A stretch of 63,307 nucleotides of DNA, filler included. It is 9 parts of 9 records of this genome, joined end to end, with 100 filler letters (N's around TTAATTAATTAA, not from the genome) between each part and the next. Parts side by side here need not be neighbours in the genome. Positions count along the whole stretch, not along the records: positions 1 to 14,136 come from SRR20825010_7102; 8 more parts are not named here. The stretch is one strand, 5' to 3'. Shown here in pieces: positions 1 to 10,749 of the stretch. How positions within the stretch are numbered: position 1 is the first letter of the stretch; each line of letters starts with the position of its first letter. A program made the position numbers and the translations under genes. The notes beneath the pieces were generated by a model that worked only from the letters and a program-made list of their open reading frames with translations, was not told the DNA's origin and did not search any database.

Positions 1-693
1 GGTGGTGTGCAGGGTGCCGAACACCAGGTGACCGGTTTCCGCCGCCGTCAGGGCCAGGCGGATGGTTTCCAGGTCCCGCAGCTCGCCGACCAGGATAATG
101 TCCGGGTCTTCCCGCAGTGCGGAGCGCAGGGCTTCGTTGAAGCCCAGGGTGTCACGATGCACTTCCCGCTGGTTCAGCAGGCACTTCTTGGATTCGTGTA
201 CGAATTCGATGGGGTCCTCGATGGTGAGGATGTGCTCATAGCGGCTGTCGTTGATGTAGTCGATCATCGCCGCCAGCGTGGTGGACTTACCGGAGCCTGT
301 TGGGCCCGTAACCAGCACCAGACCTCGTGGCACAGAGGCGATGTCCTTGAACACCTGCCCCATACCGAGGTCTTCCATCGTCAGTACCTTTGACGGGATG
401 GTCCGGAAGACAGCACCGGAGCCACGGTTCTGGTTGAACGCGTTAACACGGAAGCGGGCGACACCAGGCACCTCGAAGGAGAAGTCGGTCTCCAGGAACT
501 CTTCGTAGTCCTTGCGCTGCTTGTCGTTCATGATGTCGTAGATCAGCCCATGGACTTCTTTATGCTCCATTGGCGGAAGGTTGATGCGGCGGACATCGCC
601 ATCAACACGGATCATCGGGGGAAGGCCGGCAGACAGGTGCAAGTCTGATGCGCCCTGTTTGGCCGAAAAGGCAAGCAGTTCAGTAATATCCAT
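1..693 (-). CDS. pilT: Type IV pilus retraction ATPase PilT (3' end runs off the window)
   Basis: Hand translation of minus strand from ATG at 693: MDITELLAFSAKQGASDLHLSAGLPPMIRVDGD... Walker A GPTGSGKSTT, TIEDPIE, ALREDPDIILVGE; divergent from yggS as is typical. Confidence 0.97.
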   Translation of the reverse strand, partial: MDITELLAFSAKQGASDLHLSAGLPPMIRVDGDVRRINLPPMEHKEVHGLIYDIMNDKQRKDYEEFLETDFSFEVPGVARFRVNAFNQNRGSGAVFRTIPSKVLTMEDLGMGQVFKDIASVPRGLVLVTGPTGSGKSTTLAAMIDYINDSRYEHILTIEDPIEFVHESKKCLLNQREVHRDTLGFNEALRSALREDPDIILVGELRDLETIRLALTAAETGHLVFGTLHTT

Positions 694-838
694 AGGGGTC
701 CTCGGAAGGCTTTTTTCTTTTATCCCGGTATGCGCCGGCTCCGGTCATTGGCACTGAACGGCTTCACTTGGCATTTCAGTAACCTGCGGGTAACGTGTCA
801 GCGTATCAGAGACTGACCGGAATCGGCGGATTCGCACT

Positions 839-1531
839 ATGAGCAGCATAGCAGACAACATCGGGAGCGTAACCCGACGCATACAAAAAGCAACATTGAA
901 GGCCGGCCGCAGCGCGGGTTCCGTGCATCTGCTGGCGGTCAGTAAGACGCGCCCGGCCGACGAGCTTCGCACGGCTTACAGCGCCGGCCAACGGGAGTTT
1001 GGTGAAAACTACGTTCAGGAAGCTCTGGACAAAATGGAGGAGCTGAAGGAACTGGACGCCATCGAATGGCACTTTATAGGCCCCATTCAATCCAACAAGA
1101 CCCGCCAGATTGCCGAGGCATTTGCCTGGGCACACAGCGTTGACCGACTCAAGATTGCTCAGCGCCTGAACGATCAGCGCCCTTCCACTCTCCCGCCGTT
1201 GAATATCTGCCTTCAGGTGAACATCAACAATGAGGAGAGCAAGTCCGGTTGCGCCCTGGAGGATCTCACCGACATGGCAGACGCCATCGAAGAGATGCCA
1301 AATCTCTCGCTCAGGGGGCTGATGGCGATTCCGGACCCGGATCAGCCCGAGGCGGAGTTGCGCTCAAGCTTCCGCAAGTTGGCCAATGCGCTTAAACACA
1401 TGCGCCAGGAGGCCCCTGGTTGCGGCCCGCTGGACACCCTCTCCATGGGCATGTCCGGTGACCTTGAGATGGCCATTGAGGAGGGCGCAACCTGGGTAAG
1501 AGTCGGTACCGCCCTGTTCGGCCCTCGGTAA
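839..1531 (+). CDS. yggS: PLP homeostasis protein YggS
   Basis: LLAVSKT, FGENYVQE, WHFIGPIQSNK, LSMGMSGD, VRVGTALFG motifs. Confidence 0.97.
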   Translation: MSSIADNIGSVTRRIQKATLKAGRSAGSVHLLAVSKTRPADELRTAYSAGQREFGENYVQEALDKMEELKELDAIEWHFIGPIQSNKTRQIAEAFAWAHSVDRLKIAQRLNDQRPSTLPPLNICLQVNINNEESKSGCALEDLTDMADAIEEMPNLSLRGLMAIPDPDQPEAELRSSFRKLANALKHMRQEAPGCGPLDTLSMGMSGDLEMAIEEGATWVRVGTALFGPR

Positions 1532-1614
1532 CCGGAGGCTGACAGCCCCAGATCCTGTTATCATCAGCGGCAGACTGACAACTGACCACTACTGATCCAA
1601 ACGTGGAGTGAACC

Positions 1615-2448
1615 TTGAGCACATCACCAACGATTTCGTTTATCGGTGCCGGCAACATGGCCAGCGCCATCATCGGTGGCATGCTGGACAGCGGCTTCAA
1701 GGCCGCCAACATCTGGGTCAGCGCCCCCGATGACAACCATCTTCAATCCATCCGCAAACAATTTGGTGTCAGCGTCACCACCGACAATCGTTACTGCGCC
1801 GAGCAGGCGGACATGGTGGTTCTGGCGGTGAAGCCACAGGTTATGGCAAGTGTTTGCTCAGACATCGCCCCGGTGGTGCAGAACACCCGCCCGCTAATGG
1901 TGTCGATCGCGGCCGGGCTGGAAGCTTCCACCCTGGACGAGTGGCTCGGTGGCGGACTGCCGCTGGTGCGCGTGATGCCCAACACACCATCGCTGGTTGG
2001 TAAAGGGGCTGCCGGGCTCTATGCCAATGATCAGGTCAAGGAAAAGCAGAAGACCATGGTGGAGTCGGTCTTTAACAGCATTGGCTCGGCGCTCTGGGTG
2101 GAGGACGAATCCCTCCTGCATGCAGTGACTGCACTTTCTGGCAGCGGCCCCGCCTATTTCTTCCTGATGCTGGAAGCACTGGAAGAGGCGGCCACCGATG
2201 CCGGCATTGCCGGCGAAACCGCACGCGCACTGGCAATCCAGACCATGGCCGGCGCCGCCGAAATGGCAGGACGCAGTGAACACGACCCCGGCCAGCTCAA
2301 ACGCAATGTCATGTCTCCCGGTGGCACCACAGAACAGGCCATCCAGACCTTTGAAGAAGGTGGCATGAGAGAACTGGTCAAGAAGGCCTACTCAGCCGCT
2401 TACAAGCGCTCCGGGGAAATGGCCAAAGAACTCGCCAATAAACAGTAA
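1615..2448 (+). CDS. proC: Pyrroline-5-carboxylate reductase
   Basis: FIGAGNMA, RVMPNTP, TALSGSGPAY, VMSPGGTT. Confidence 0.97.
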   Translation: MSTSPTISFIGAGNMASAIIGGMLDSGFKAANIWVSAPDDNHLQSIRKQFGVSVTTDNRYCAEQADMVVLAVKPQVMASVCSDIAPVVQNTRPLMVSIAAGLEASTLDEWLGGGLPLVRVMPNTPSLVGKGAAGLYANDQVKEKQKTMVESVFNSIGSALWVEDESLLHAVTALSGSGPAYFFLMLEALEEAATDAGIAGETARALAIQTMAGAAEMAGRSEHDPGQLKRNVMSPGGTTEQAIQTFEEGGMRELVKKAYSAAYKRSGEMAKELANKQ

Positions 2449-2471
2449 CCAATAACGGGAGACACGGCTTC

Positions 2472-3053
2472 ATGCTGGCTGACATTCTGATCACCATTCT
2501 GCTCATTGCCTCGACGTTCTACCTGACGATCGTGCTGCTGCGCTTCCTGCTGCAACTGGCCAGGGCGGATTTCTACAATCCGATCTCGCAGTTTGTTGTG
2601 AAAGCCACCAATCCGCTGCTGCGCCCGCTTCGCCGCTTTATTCCCGGTTGGGGCGGTATCGACGGCGCAGCCCTGGTACTGGCAGTCATCATCCAGGCGA
2701 TCACCTTTTTCCTCATTCTTGTTGCCCTGAATAGCAGCATACCGGCAATTAACCCTCTCACCCTGCTCAGCTGGGCTATCCTCAACGTTCTTGATCTGAT
2801 CGTTAAGATCTACTTCTGGTCCGTCATTGCCGTCGTGGTCGTCAGCTGGATTGCGCCCCAAAGCGGTCACCCCGCCATCCAACTGGTAGCACAAATCACC
2901 GAACCCGTGATGCGCCCCGTACGCAATGTGATGCCATCCATGGGCGGCCTGGATCTGTCCCCGATTATCGTGTTCCTGATCCTCAATGTGGTTTCGGTGG
3001 TGATCGACCACATGAAGGTAGCCGCCGGCATGGGCTCCATCGTCGGAATGTAG
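2472..3053 (+). CDS. yggT: YggT family membrane protein
   Basis: ADFYNPISQFVVKATNP and GGLDLSP repeats; conserved yggS-proC-yggT order. Confidence 0.93.
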   Translation: MLADILITILLIASTFYLTIVLLRFLLQLARADFYNPISQFVVKATNPLLRPLRRFIPGWGGIDGAALVLAVIIQAITFFLILVALNSSIPAINPLTLLSWAILNVLDLIVKIYFWSVIAVVVVSWIAPQSGHPAIQLVAQITEPVMRPVRNVMPSMGGLDLSPIIVFLILNVVSVVIDHMKVAAGMGSIVGM

Positions 3054-3231
3054 ACCACCTCTCAAAAACACATTCCGTTACATATCAGGACAATAAACTA
3101 CTCTCACCTGCAGCTGGTTCATCTATCTGAATCAGCTGCATTTTTTGCCTTCTACACGTCGCCCTGCTATACAGACCCGTGATCGCCGCCGCAGATTTGC
3201 CGCGCCAATGCGGTAACATTAGCTATATTTT

Positions 3232-3246
3232 TGGCACAACTTTAGC
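3232..3246 (+). promoter_or_regulatory. Putative sigma-54 -24/-12 promoter of the dynamin-like gene
   Basis: TGGCACAACTTTAGC = GG-N10-GC, about 50 nt upstream of ATG 3297. Confidence 0.6.
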
Positions 3247-3296
3247 CAACCAAGATCCAACGCAGTCGCCCGGAAGTCGCGCAGAAGGATGGTCCG

Positions 3297-5261
3297 ATGA
3301 ACAAGCAAGGAACCCTGTCGCAGCAGGTAGAGGCCTACCACGGCTGGAAAAAAGAACTGATCAGGCAGATCGGTCGCTACCGTCTGTGGCTGCAGGACAA
3401 CAACCTGTTTTCAGACGATGTCAGCAACCGCATTCGTCACGGCCTTGAGCTGCTGATCGAAGACGAACTCACCATTGCTTTCGTGGGTGAGTATTCCCGT
3501 GGCAAGACGGAACTGATCAACGCCCTCTTCTTTTCAGAATACGGCCAGCGCATGCTGCCATCCCAGGCGGGCCGCACCACCATGTGCCCGACCGAGCTGT
3601 TCTTTGACCGCACGTCAAACAGCAACTACCTGTTGCTGCTTCCGATCGAAACCAGGACCGGCGAGCTCTCCCTGCAGCAACTGCGCAAACAGCCCGAACG
3701 CTGGGTCAAACACGACCTGGACGAGCGCGACCCGGAAATCATGCGGGAAGTTCTGGCGGAAGTGGCTCGCGTAAAGAGCGTCACTCCGCAGGAAGCCCGC
3801 AAACTGGGCTTCGACGAGGACATGCTGGAGCATGACCGCAACAAGCCGGGTAATGTCGTGGTGCCGGCCTGGCGCAACGCCCAGATCAGCATTCGCCATC
3901 CGTTGTTCGAACGCGGCCTGCGCATACTGGACACCCCGGGGCTCAACGCTCTCGGCTCAGAGCCAGAACTGACCATCAGTATGTTGCCTCGCGCCCACGC
4001 CATTATCTTCCTATTGAGCGCGGATACCGGCGTCACTGCCAGCGACATGACGATCTGGAAGGATCACATCGACACCGAGCACGCCGACCACCGCGCTGGC
4101 CGATTCGCAGTGCTCAACAAGATCGACGTGCTCTGGGACGACCTCCAGGGCGAGAAGCATACCCAGGAAGCCATTGACCGGGTGCGTGGCTACACCGCTG
4201 ACCACCTCGGCATGCGCCAGAACGACGTGATACCGCTGTCCGCCAAGCAAGGTCTGCTGGCCCGGGTCAAAGGCAACGAAGAACTGCTTGAACGTTCGAA
4301 CCTCGCCCAACTGGAACAGTTGATCATCCAGCGCATCCTGATGCACAAGGAACAGCTGATTACACAGAGCCTGATCAACGACCTGTTGGGCATGCTGCAG
4401 AACAGTCAGGCCGCCATGCAAAACCGGCTGGACGCACTGGAAGAAGAGCTGCAGGCCTGTTCTGGCGTCACCATGGACACTGACGCACTGCGGCGCTTGG
4501 CCGACCGCGCCCAGCGGGACTATGACTTCTACTACAAGAAGCTGATTACGCTCCGGTCCAGCCGCCGGCTGATGGATTCCCAGGGCGAGATGCTCAAGGG
4601 GCTGGTCAGCGAGGATCGGTTTGAGTCCCATGCCGAGAAAGTCCGCCAGAAGATGTCGAAGAGCTGGACCACTGCCGGCATGAACCACAGCATGGATCAT
4701 TTCTTCGAGCTGCTGGAAAATGATCTGAGCAACCTTCTCAGCGAAGGGCGGCTGGCCGAAAAAATGGTGGGCGCCATCTACCGCCGCTACAACGAAGACA
4801 CCCGGGCCCGTCACCTGGAGCCAATTCCATTACGGGCAGGTCGTCACGTTATTGCCATCCGCGAACTGCGCAAGAAGGCAAAACGCTTCCGCATCAGCCC
4901 CAAAAATCTGTTGACGGAGCAGTCGCTGCTGGTCAGGCGCTTCTTCAACGTGATGGTGGGCGAAGCCCGGACACTGCATCTGCGCGTGCGGGCCGATGTC
5001 GAACGCTGGCCATCGGAAGCACTACTACCAATCATGCAGTACTCCATGGAACAGAAACAGTTGCTGGAGCACCAGATCCGCCGCCTCCGGGACATGGTTC
5101 GCAGCGACCGCGACAGCCGGGCCGAACGCGAACGACTGCAGAACACCATCAGCGATCTGACGCGCCAGCTTGAACTGGCTGATGCCATGCAGCGGCAAAT
5201 CCGTAAACCGGCACCCACCCTGATCCAACAGAAGGTGGTCAACATTTCCGGCGCGGTCTGA
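3297..5261 (+). CDS. Bacterial dynamin-like GTPase
   Basis: G1 GEYSRGKT, G2 TTMCPT, G3 DTPG, G4 NKID, then a long helical C-terminal region. Confidence 0.85.
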   Translation: MNKQGTLSQQVEAYHGWKKELIRQIGRYRLWLQDNNLFSDDVSNRIRHGLELLIEDELTIAFVGEYSRGKTELINALFFSEYGQRMLPSQAGRTTMCPTELFFDRTSNSNYLLLLPIETRTGELSLQQLRKQPERWVKHDLDERDPEIMREVLAEVARVKSVTPQEARKLGFDEDMLEHDRNKPGNVVVPAWRNAQISIRHPLFERGLRILDTPGLNALGSEPELTISMLPRAHAIIFLLSADTGVTASDMTIWKDHIDTEHADHRAGRFAVLNKIDVLWDDLQGEKHTQEAIDRVRGYTADHLGMRQNDVIPLSAKQGLLARVKGNEELLERSNLAQLEQLIIQRILMHKEQLITQSLINDLLGMLQNSQAAMQNRLDALEEELQACSGVTMDTDALRRLADRAQRDYDFYYKKLITLRSSRRLMDSQGEMLKGLVSEDRFESHAEKVRQKMSKSWTTAGMNHSMDHFFELLENDLSNLLSEGRLAEKMVGAIYRRYNEDTRARHLEPIPLRAGRHVIAIRELRKKAKRFRISPKNLLTEQSLLVRRFFNVMVGEARTLHLRVRADVERWPSEALLPIMQYSMEQKQLLEHQIRRLRDMVRSDRDSRAERERLQNTISDLTRQLELADAMQRQIRKPAPTLIQQKVVNISGAV

Positions 5262-5430
5262 CCGGCGCCGGAAATGGTGGTTGCAGCCATGCAGGCCGGC
5301 CTTTAAACTGCTTGGCTGGCAATCGCCTGGCCATATCAATTAGGCCTGCACTTACATGCAGGTTTCCGCCCGGCCATTGCCTGAAACGTCTTCCAGATAA
5401 TACGGACTGAATCAGGAACCTGTCGCGCCA

Positions 5431-6579
5431 ATGCCCGATCCCTTGCCAACGGATTCTGTCGGGATAGTCACCCCACAGACACTGCACTTCGATACACCGA
5501 TCACTCTCGCCTGCGGTCAGACGCTGGAGAGTTACGATCTGGTGATTGAGACTTACGGCAAGCTGAATGCGGATGCCACCAACGCGGTATTGATCTGTCA
5601 CGCCCTCAGCGGCCACCACCATGCCGCCGGTTATCACAGCAAGGAAGACCGCAAGCCGGGATGGTGGGACAGCTGCATTGGCCCCGGCAAGCCCATCGAT
5701 ACCAACCGGTTTTTCGTTGTCAGCCTGAACAATCTGGGTGGCTGCCATGGCAGCACCGGACCCGGCAGCGTCAATTCGAAAACCGGCCAGCCCTACGGCC
5801 CTGATTTCCCGGTGATCACGGTACGCGACTGGGTCCACAGCCAGGCGTTACTGGCTGACCGGCTCGGCATTGAATGTTGGGCCGCCGTAGTGGGAGGCTC
5901 CCTCGGCGGGATGCAGGCGCTTCAGTGGAGCCTGGACTACCCGGACCGTTTGCGGCATGCCGTGACCATTGCTTCCACACCACGCCTGAGTGCCCAGAAC
6001 ATCGCCTTCAATGAAGTGGCGCGACAGGCGATCACGTCCGACCGTGAGTTCCACGACGGCCGCTACTATGAGCACGACACATTGCCGCGCCGGGGGCTGA
6101 TGCTGGCACGCATGGTGGGCCACATTACCTATCTGTCCGACGCCTCCATGGGCGAGAAATTTGGCCGCGAACTGCGCGACCAGGCCTACAAGTTCGGCTA
6201 TGACGCAGAGTTCCAGGTGGAGAGTTACCTGCGTTACCAGGGTGAGCGCTTCTCGGAGTCATTCGACGCCAATACCTACCTGCTGATGACCAAGGCTCTG
6301 GATTACTTTGACCCAGCCTACGAGCACGACAATGACCTGGCAAAGGCGCTGCTCCGTGCGCGCTGCGAATTCCTTGTCGTGTCGTTCAGCACCGACTGGC
6401 GGTTTACCCCGGCACGGTCCGAGGAATTAGTAAATGCCATGATCGCGGCCCGCTGCAAGGTCAGCTATGCTGAAATCGACGCACCCTGGGGGCATGACGC
6501 CTTCCTGATTCCCACACCACGTTACACCGCCATCTTCCATTCCTACATGGACCGGGTCGCACGGGAGGTAGGCGCATGA
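5431..6579 (+). CDS. metX: Homoserine O-acyltransferase MetX
   Basis: [15 protein letters not shown] nucleophile, FDANTY, GHDAFL. Confidence 0.96.
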   Translation: MPDPLPTDSVGIVTPQTLHFDTPITLACGQTLESYDLVIETYGKLNADATNAVLICHALSGHHHAAGYHSKEDRKPGWWDSCIGPGKPIDTNRFFVVSLNNLGGCHGSTGPGSVNSKTGQPYGPDFPVITVRDWVHSQALLADRLGIECWAAVVGGSLGGMQALQWSLDYPDRLRHAVTIASTPRLSAQNIAFNEVARQAITSDREFHDGRYYEHDTLPRRGLMLARMVGHITYLSDASMGEKFGRELRDQAYKFGYDAEFQVESYLRYQGERFSESFDANTYLLMTKALDYFDPAYEHDNDLAKALLRARCEFLVVSFSTDWRFTPARSEELVNAMIAARCKVSYAEIDAPWGHDAFLIPTPRYTAIFHSYMDRVAREVGA

Positions 6580-7178
6580 GAACAGACCTGAAAATCATCG
6601 AGCAATGGATCAGCGCCGGCAGCCATGTACTGGATCTGGGCTGCGGCGACGGCACCCTGCTGGACTACCTGCAGCGGGAAAAAAGAGCAACAGGGTTTGG
6701 CTTGGAAATCAATCCGGACCATATCACCACCTGCATGGGTCGCGGGGTGTCCGTCATTGAGCAGAACCTGGACACCCAGGGCCTGGGGAACTTCGAAGAT
6801 CACTCCTTCGACACCGTGCTGATGACACAAGCCTTGCAGGCGGTCCGGCGCCCGGACATGGTCCTCGACGAGATGCTTCGCGTGGGCCGCGAGGGCATCG
6901 TAACCTTCCCCAACTTCGCTTACTGGCGATTGCGCTGGTACCTGATGCGCCGGGGTCGTATGCCTGAATCCGAAACGCTACCGTACAAATGGTACAACAC
7001 CCCTAACATCCACCTGTGCACCTTCAAGGATTTTGAAGCCCTCTGCTTCCGCAAGGACGTCCGGATACTGAACCGCACGGTGGTTGACGGTGAACACCAG
7101 GATCGTTGGCTCAGCCGCCTTTGGCCCAATATGTTGGGGCAGATCGCCATTTACCGGATAACCCGGGAGGAATCATGA
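6576..7178 (+). CDS. metW: Methionine biosynthesis protein MetW
   Basis: [12 protein letters not shown] motif, WYNTPNIH; overlaps metX stop. Confidence 0.95.
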   Translation: MRTDLKIIEQWISAGSHVLDLGCGDGTLLDYLQREKRATGFGLEINPDHITTCMGRGVSVIEQNLDTQGLGNFEDHSFDTVLMTQALQAVRRPDMVLDEMLRVGREGIVTFPNFAYWRLRWYLMRRGRMPESETLPYKWYNTPNIHLCTFKDFEALCFRKDVRILNRTVVDGEHQDRWLSRLWPNMLGQIAIYRITREES

Positions 7179-7630
7179 CCATACATAGTCGCAATCACTG
7201 GCAGGCGATACTGTCGCTGGCGTGCCTGATTCTGTTCGCCAGCCAGAGCCATGCCGACTCAAAGGATTTTGGTGAATTCGAAGTACACTGGAGCGTTTTC
7301 CCAAGCACCTTCCTGGCCCCGGAAATTGCCCGCGAGAACAACCTTAATCGCAGCCGCGGCATCGGTATCGTCAACATATCCATCATGAGGGAAACCGAGG
7401 ATGGCGGCCTGGAGCCGGTATCAGGCCAGGTGGAAGGCAAGGTCATGAACGATATCCAGCAGGCCCGGTTCCTGGCGTTTCGACGCATCCAGGAAGGCAA
7501 CGCTGTCTATTTCATCGCCGAATACCAATACAGCAACGCCGAGTTGATGACCTTCCAGATCACCACCCGTCCCACGGGTGCCAGACAGGATCTGCCCATC
7601 CGTTTCACCCACACGCTGTTTAACGACTGA
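7175..7630 (+). CDS. DUF4426 family exported protein
   Basis: Signal peptide, [20 protein letters not shown]; usual position after metW; ATG 7175 with GGAGG RBS. Confidence 0.8.
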   Translation: MTIHSRNHWQAILSLACLILFASQSHADSKDFGEFEVHWSVFPSTFLAPEIARENNLNRSRGIGIVNISIMRETEDGGLEPVSGQVEGKVMNDIQQARFLAFRRIQEGNAVYFIAEYQYSNAELMTFQITTRPTGARQDLPIRFTHTLFND

Positions 7631-8241
7631 TGACTAACGCCACCAACAGACTGGTCATTGCCAGCAACAACAAGGGCAAGATCGCCGAACTCACAGACTT
7701 GCTCGGCCCACTCGGGCTGACGCCCGTAGCCCAGGGTGAATTGGGGGTTGGCGAGGCGGAGGAGCCAGCGGTCACCTTCGTGGAGAACGCCATCCTCAAG
7801 GCACGCCATGCCGCCCGGATCACCGGGTTGCCGGCCCTTGCCGATGACTCTGGCCTGGCGGTGGATGCCCTTGGCGGGGCACCCGGCGTCCGTTCGGCCC
7901 GCTACGCCGGTTACACAGCCAGCGACGCAGACAACGTCCGGGCACTGCTCGACGCGCTGAAAGACGTTCCCGAGGGCCAACGCACGGCCCAGTTCCACTG
8001 CGTACTGGTCTACCTGCGCCATGCCGATGACCCCACACCGGTGATCTGTCATGGCCGCTGGCCAGGAAGCATCCTGCCAGAGCCCCGGGGTGAGGGTGGT
8101 TTCGGGTACGACCCGGTGTTCCTGGTACCGGAAACCGGCACCAGTGCCGCTGAACTGCCCCGCGCCGAAAAAGGCCGTATCAGCCACCGCGGGCGGGCAC
8201 TGGCGCTGCTTCTGGACCAGTTGGGGAAAGAGCCGGGGTGA
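7630..8241 (+). CDS. rdgB: dITP/XTP pyrophosphatase
   Basis: ASNNKGK, ADDSGL, GFGYDP, SHRG. Confidence 0.96.
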   Translation: MTNATNRLVIASNNKGKIAELTDLLGPLGLTPVAQGELGVGEAEEPAVTFVENAILKARHAARITGLPALADDSGLAVDALGGAPGVRSARYAGYTASDADNVRALLDALKDVPEGQRTAQFHCVLVYLRHADDPTPVICHGRWPGSILPEPRGEGGFGYDPVFLVPETGTSAAELPRAEKGRISHRGRALALLLDQLGKEPG

Positions 8242-9398
8242 CCATGACCCCGACGCACGACACAGCGGTGAGCACCCTGCCCCCGCTAAGCCTGTATATT
8301 CACGTACCCTGGTGCGTGAAAAAGTGCCCTTACTGCGACTTCAACTCCCACGCACTGACCGGCGACATTCCCGAGAACGACTATCTTGATGCAATCATGG
8401 AGGACCTTGCCGGTGACCTCGCATTAATTCAGGGGCGCCCGATCGAAACTGTCTTCATCGGCGGCGGCACGCCTTCGTTAATGTCGCCGGACTTCTACAA
8501 CATACTGTTCGACCGGCTGCGCACTCACCTGTCGTTTACTGACGATGCCGAGATTACACTGGAGGCCAACCCGGGCACAGTGGAACAGACTCGCTTTAAC
8601 GGCTTCCGTGGCGCCGGCATAAACCGGCTCTCACTGGGCATCCAGAGTTTCAACCCCCTGCGATTGAAGGCACTGGGGCGCATCCACGATGACAAGGCGG
8701 CCCACAGGGCTATCGAGGCCGCCCGCAATGCCGGCTTTGACAACTTCAACCTGGACCTGATGCATGGCTTGCCGGGCCAGACACCGGCAGACGCCCTGGA
8801 TGACCTGCGGGCGGCCATGTCGTGGCAACCCCCGCATCTGTCCTGGTACCAGCTGACCCTGGAGCCCAACACCGAGTTCTACAGCCGCCCGCCCCAACTG
8901 CCCGACGACGACCACCTCTGGGAAATCTATTGCCAGGGTGCCGACTACCTGCATCAGCAGGGGTTTACGGACTACGAGGTATCAGCCTGGAGCAGGCCTG
9001 GAATGGCGTCCCGCCACAACCTGAATTACTGGATGTTCGGGGATTATCTGGCGCTGGGCGCTGGTGCCCATGGCAAGGTTACCTTCCGCAACGGCGATAT
9101 CCGGCGTTTCTGGAAAACCCGGCAACCCGAAGCCTACATGAACCGCATCGGCAGCCGCACCGCGGGCAGCCAAATGGTCGAACTGGAAGAAAGGCCACTG
9201 GAGTTTCTGATGAATGCCTTGAGGCTGACGTCCGGTGTGCCGGAAAACCTGTTCACAGAGCGTACAGGTTTACCGTTGAGCAGAGTTGCGGTAAAACTTG
9301 AGGCGCTAAGAAAAGAAAACATGCTGGAACCGGGACGGATACAGACCACGGAACTCGGACAGCGTTATCTGAACAGTCTGCTGGAGCGCTTCCTCTGA
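8238..9398 (+). CDS. hemW: Radical SAM heme chaperone HemW
   Basis: [29 protein letters not shown]; follows rdgB. Confidence 0.94.
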   Translation: MTMTPTHDTAVSTLPPLSLYIHVPWCVKKCPYCDFNSHALTGDIPENDYLDAIMEDLAGDLALIQGRPIETVFIGGGTPSLMSPDFYNILFDRLRTHLSFTDDAEITLEANPGTVEQTRFNGFRGAGINRLSLGIQSFNPLRLKALGRIHDDKAAHRAIEAARNAGFDNFNLDLMHGLPGQTPADALDDLRAAMSWQPPHLSWYQLTLEPNTEFYSRPPQLPDDDHLWEIYCQGADYLHQQGFTDYEVSAWSRPGMASRHNLNYWMFGDYLALGAGAHGKVTFRNGDIRRFWKTRQPEAYMNRIGSRTAGSQMVELEERPLEFLMNALRLTSGVPENLFTERTGLPLSRVAVKLEALRKENMLEPGRIQTTELGQRYLNSLLERFL

Positions 9399-9931
9399 TG
9401 TCACTGCCGCGCCTTATGACCCTGTTGCCCAAACGGCTCAACCTGAGCCTGGCGGCCACCGCCGTCCTGTTGCTGGTCCTGGTTGTGGTCAATCAGCCCC
9501 TGCAGACCGGTTCGGCTCCCCAGGGCATCGTCAGCCTTCAGATGGCCGCCACGGCGGACCAGTCCATGGCCATACTGCGCAGCTGGCGACAGGACGGCAT
9601 GCTATGGGCACAGATATCCCTTTGGCTGGACTTCCTGTTTGTACCCGCTTACCTGGCCACGCTGATTTTCCTGACCAATCACCTGATGCGGGACCGGCCG
9701 GGCGTTCGGGAACGTAACGTGGCACGCTGGGTGAAGGCCCTGTTTGTGACCGCGGGGGCCGGCGATCTAGCGGAAAACATCTTGCTACTCAATAATATGG
9801 ACCCGCCCACGGATATGGTCAGCCTGTCCGCCACGCTCTGCGCATTGGTGAAATTCACCGGCCTGATGCTGGGCTGCGCCGGATTGGTGATCATTCGTGC
9901 CGCCCGGCGCCATCCGCTGGCCCACGAGTAG
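9398..9931 (+). CDS. Hypothetical multi-pass membrane protein
   Basis: Translationally coupled to hemW; about four hydrophobic segments. Confidence 0.7.
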   Translation: MSLPRLMTLLPKRLNLSLAATAVLLLVLVVVNQPLQTGSAPQGIVSLQMAATADQSMAILRSWRQDGMLWAQISLWLDFLFVPAYLATLIFLTNHLMRDRPGVRERNVARWVKALFVTAGAGDLAENILLLNNMDPPTDMVSLSATLCALVKFTGLMLGCAGLVIIRAARRHPLAHE

Positions 9932-9956
9932 CAACTTCCGTCAGCGTACCGACAGC

Positions 9957-10673
9957 CTAGTTGGTGCGGTAAAACACCAGATCCCAGACGCCGTGCCCCA
10001 ACGTCTCGCCCCGTTTCTCAAACTTGGTGATCGGGCGGTCTTCCGGGCGCGGCGAATATTCGCCGATGTCCTGTGAGTTCGCAAAACCCTCGGATTCTCC
10101 CATGATCTCCATCATGTGTTCCGCGTAGTTTTCCCAATCGGTGGCCAGGTGCAGGATCCCGCCCACGCGCAGTTTATGGCGCAGGCGCTGGACGAATTCG
10201 TGCTGGATCAGCCGGCGTTTGTGGTGGCGCTTCTTGTGCCACGGGTCCGGGAAAAACACCATCACCCGGTCCAGCGCTGCATCGGGCAGGCACCGGTCGA
10301 TCACATCGTTGGCATCAATGGCGTAGACACGAACATTCTCCAGCCCCCGGTCTTCAATCTCTTTCAGCAGTGCACCAACCCCGGGCAGGTGCACTTCCAC
10401 GCCGATGAAGTCCTGCTCCGGTGCCGCTTCCGCCATGTCTGCCAGGGACTTGCCCATACCAAACCCGATCTCCAGGTTAAGCATGTTGTCCCGTCCAAAG
10501 ATCTGGCGTGGGTCAATCATGCCCTGTTCACGGGTCAGGCCGTATTTGGGCCAACTGCGGTCGTAGGCCTTTTTCTGGCCTTCGGTCATCCGCCCCTGGC
10601 GCAGCACGAAACTGCGTACGCCACGGCGGGTCGTCACGGGTGAATCGCCGGAAACATCGTTGTGATCGGTCAT
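9957..10673 (-). CDS. trmB: tRNA (guanine-N7)-methyltransferase
   Basis: [30 protein letters not shown]. Confidence 0.97.
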   Translation of the reverse strand: MTDHNDVSGDSPVTTRRGVRSFVLRQGRMTEGQKKAYDRSWPKYGLTREQGMIDPRQIFGRDNMLNLEIGFGMGKSLADMAEAAPEQDFIGVEVHLPGVGALLKEIEDRGLENVRVYAIDANDVIDRCLPDAALDRVMVFFPDPWHKKRHHKRRLIQHEFVQRLRHKLRVGGILHLATDWENYAEHMMEIMGESEGFANSQDIGEYSPRPEDRPITKFEKRGETLGHGVWDLVFYRTN

Positions 10674-10749
10674 CTGACGTCCTCAACCGCCCTGTGCGGT
10701 TTTCCTTCAATGGGTTATGGCGACAGTTTACCAGAGGCCGCCCAGCGGA

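Noticed and set aside
5262-5430. SAM riboswitch or SahR site upstream of metX
   Set aside because: Only a small CCTGCA/TGCAGG hairpin; no recognisable riboswitch core or complete operator palindrome
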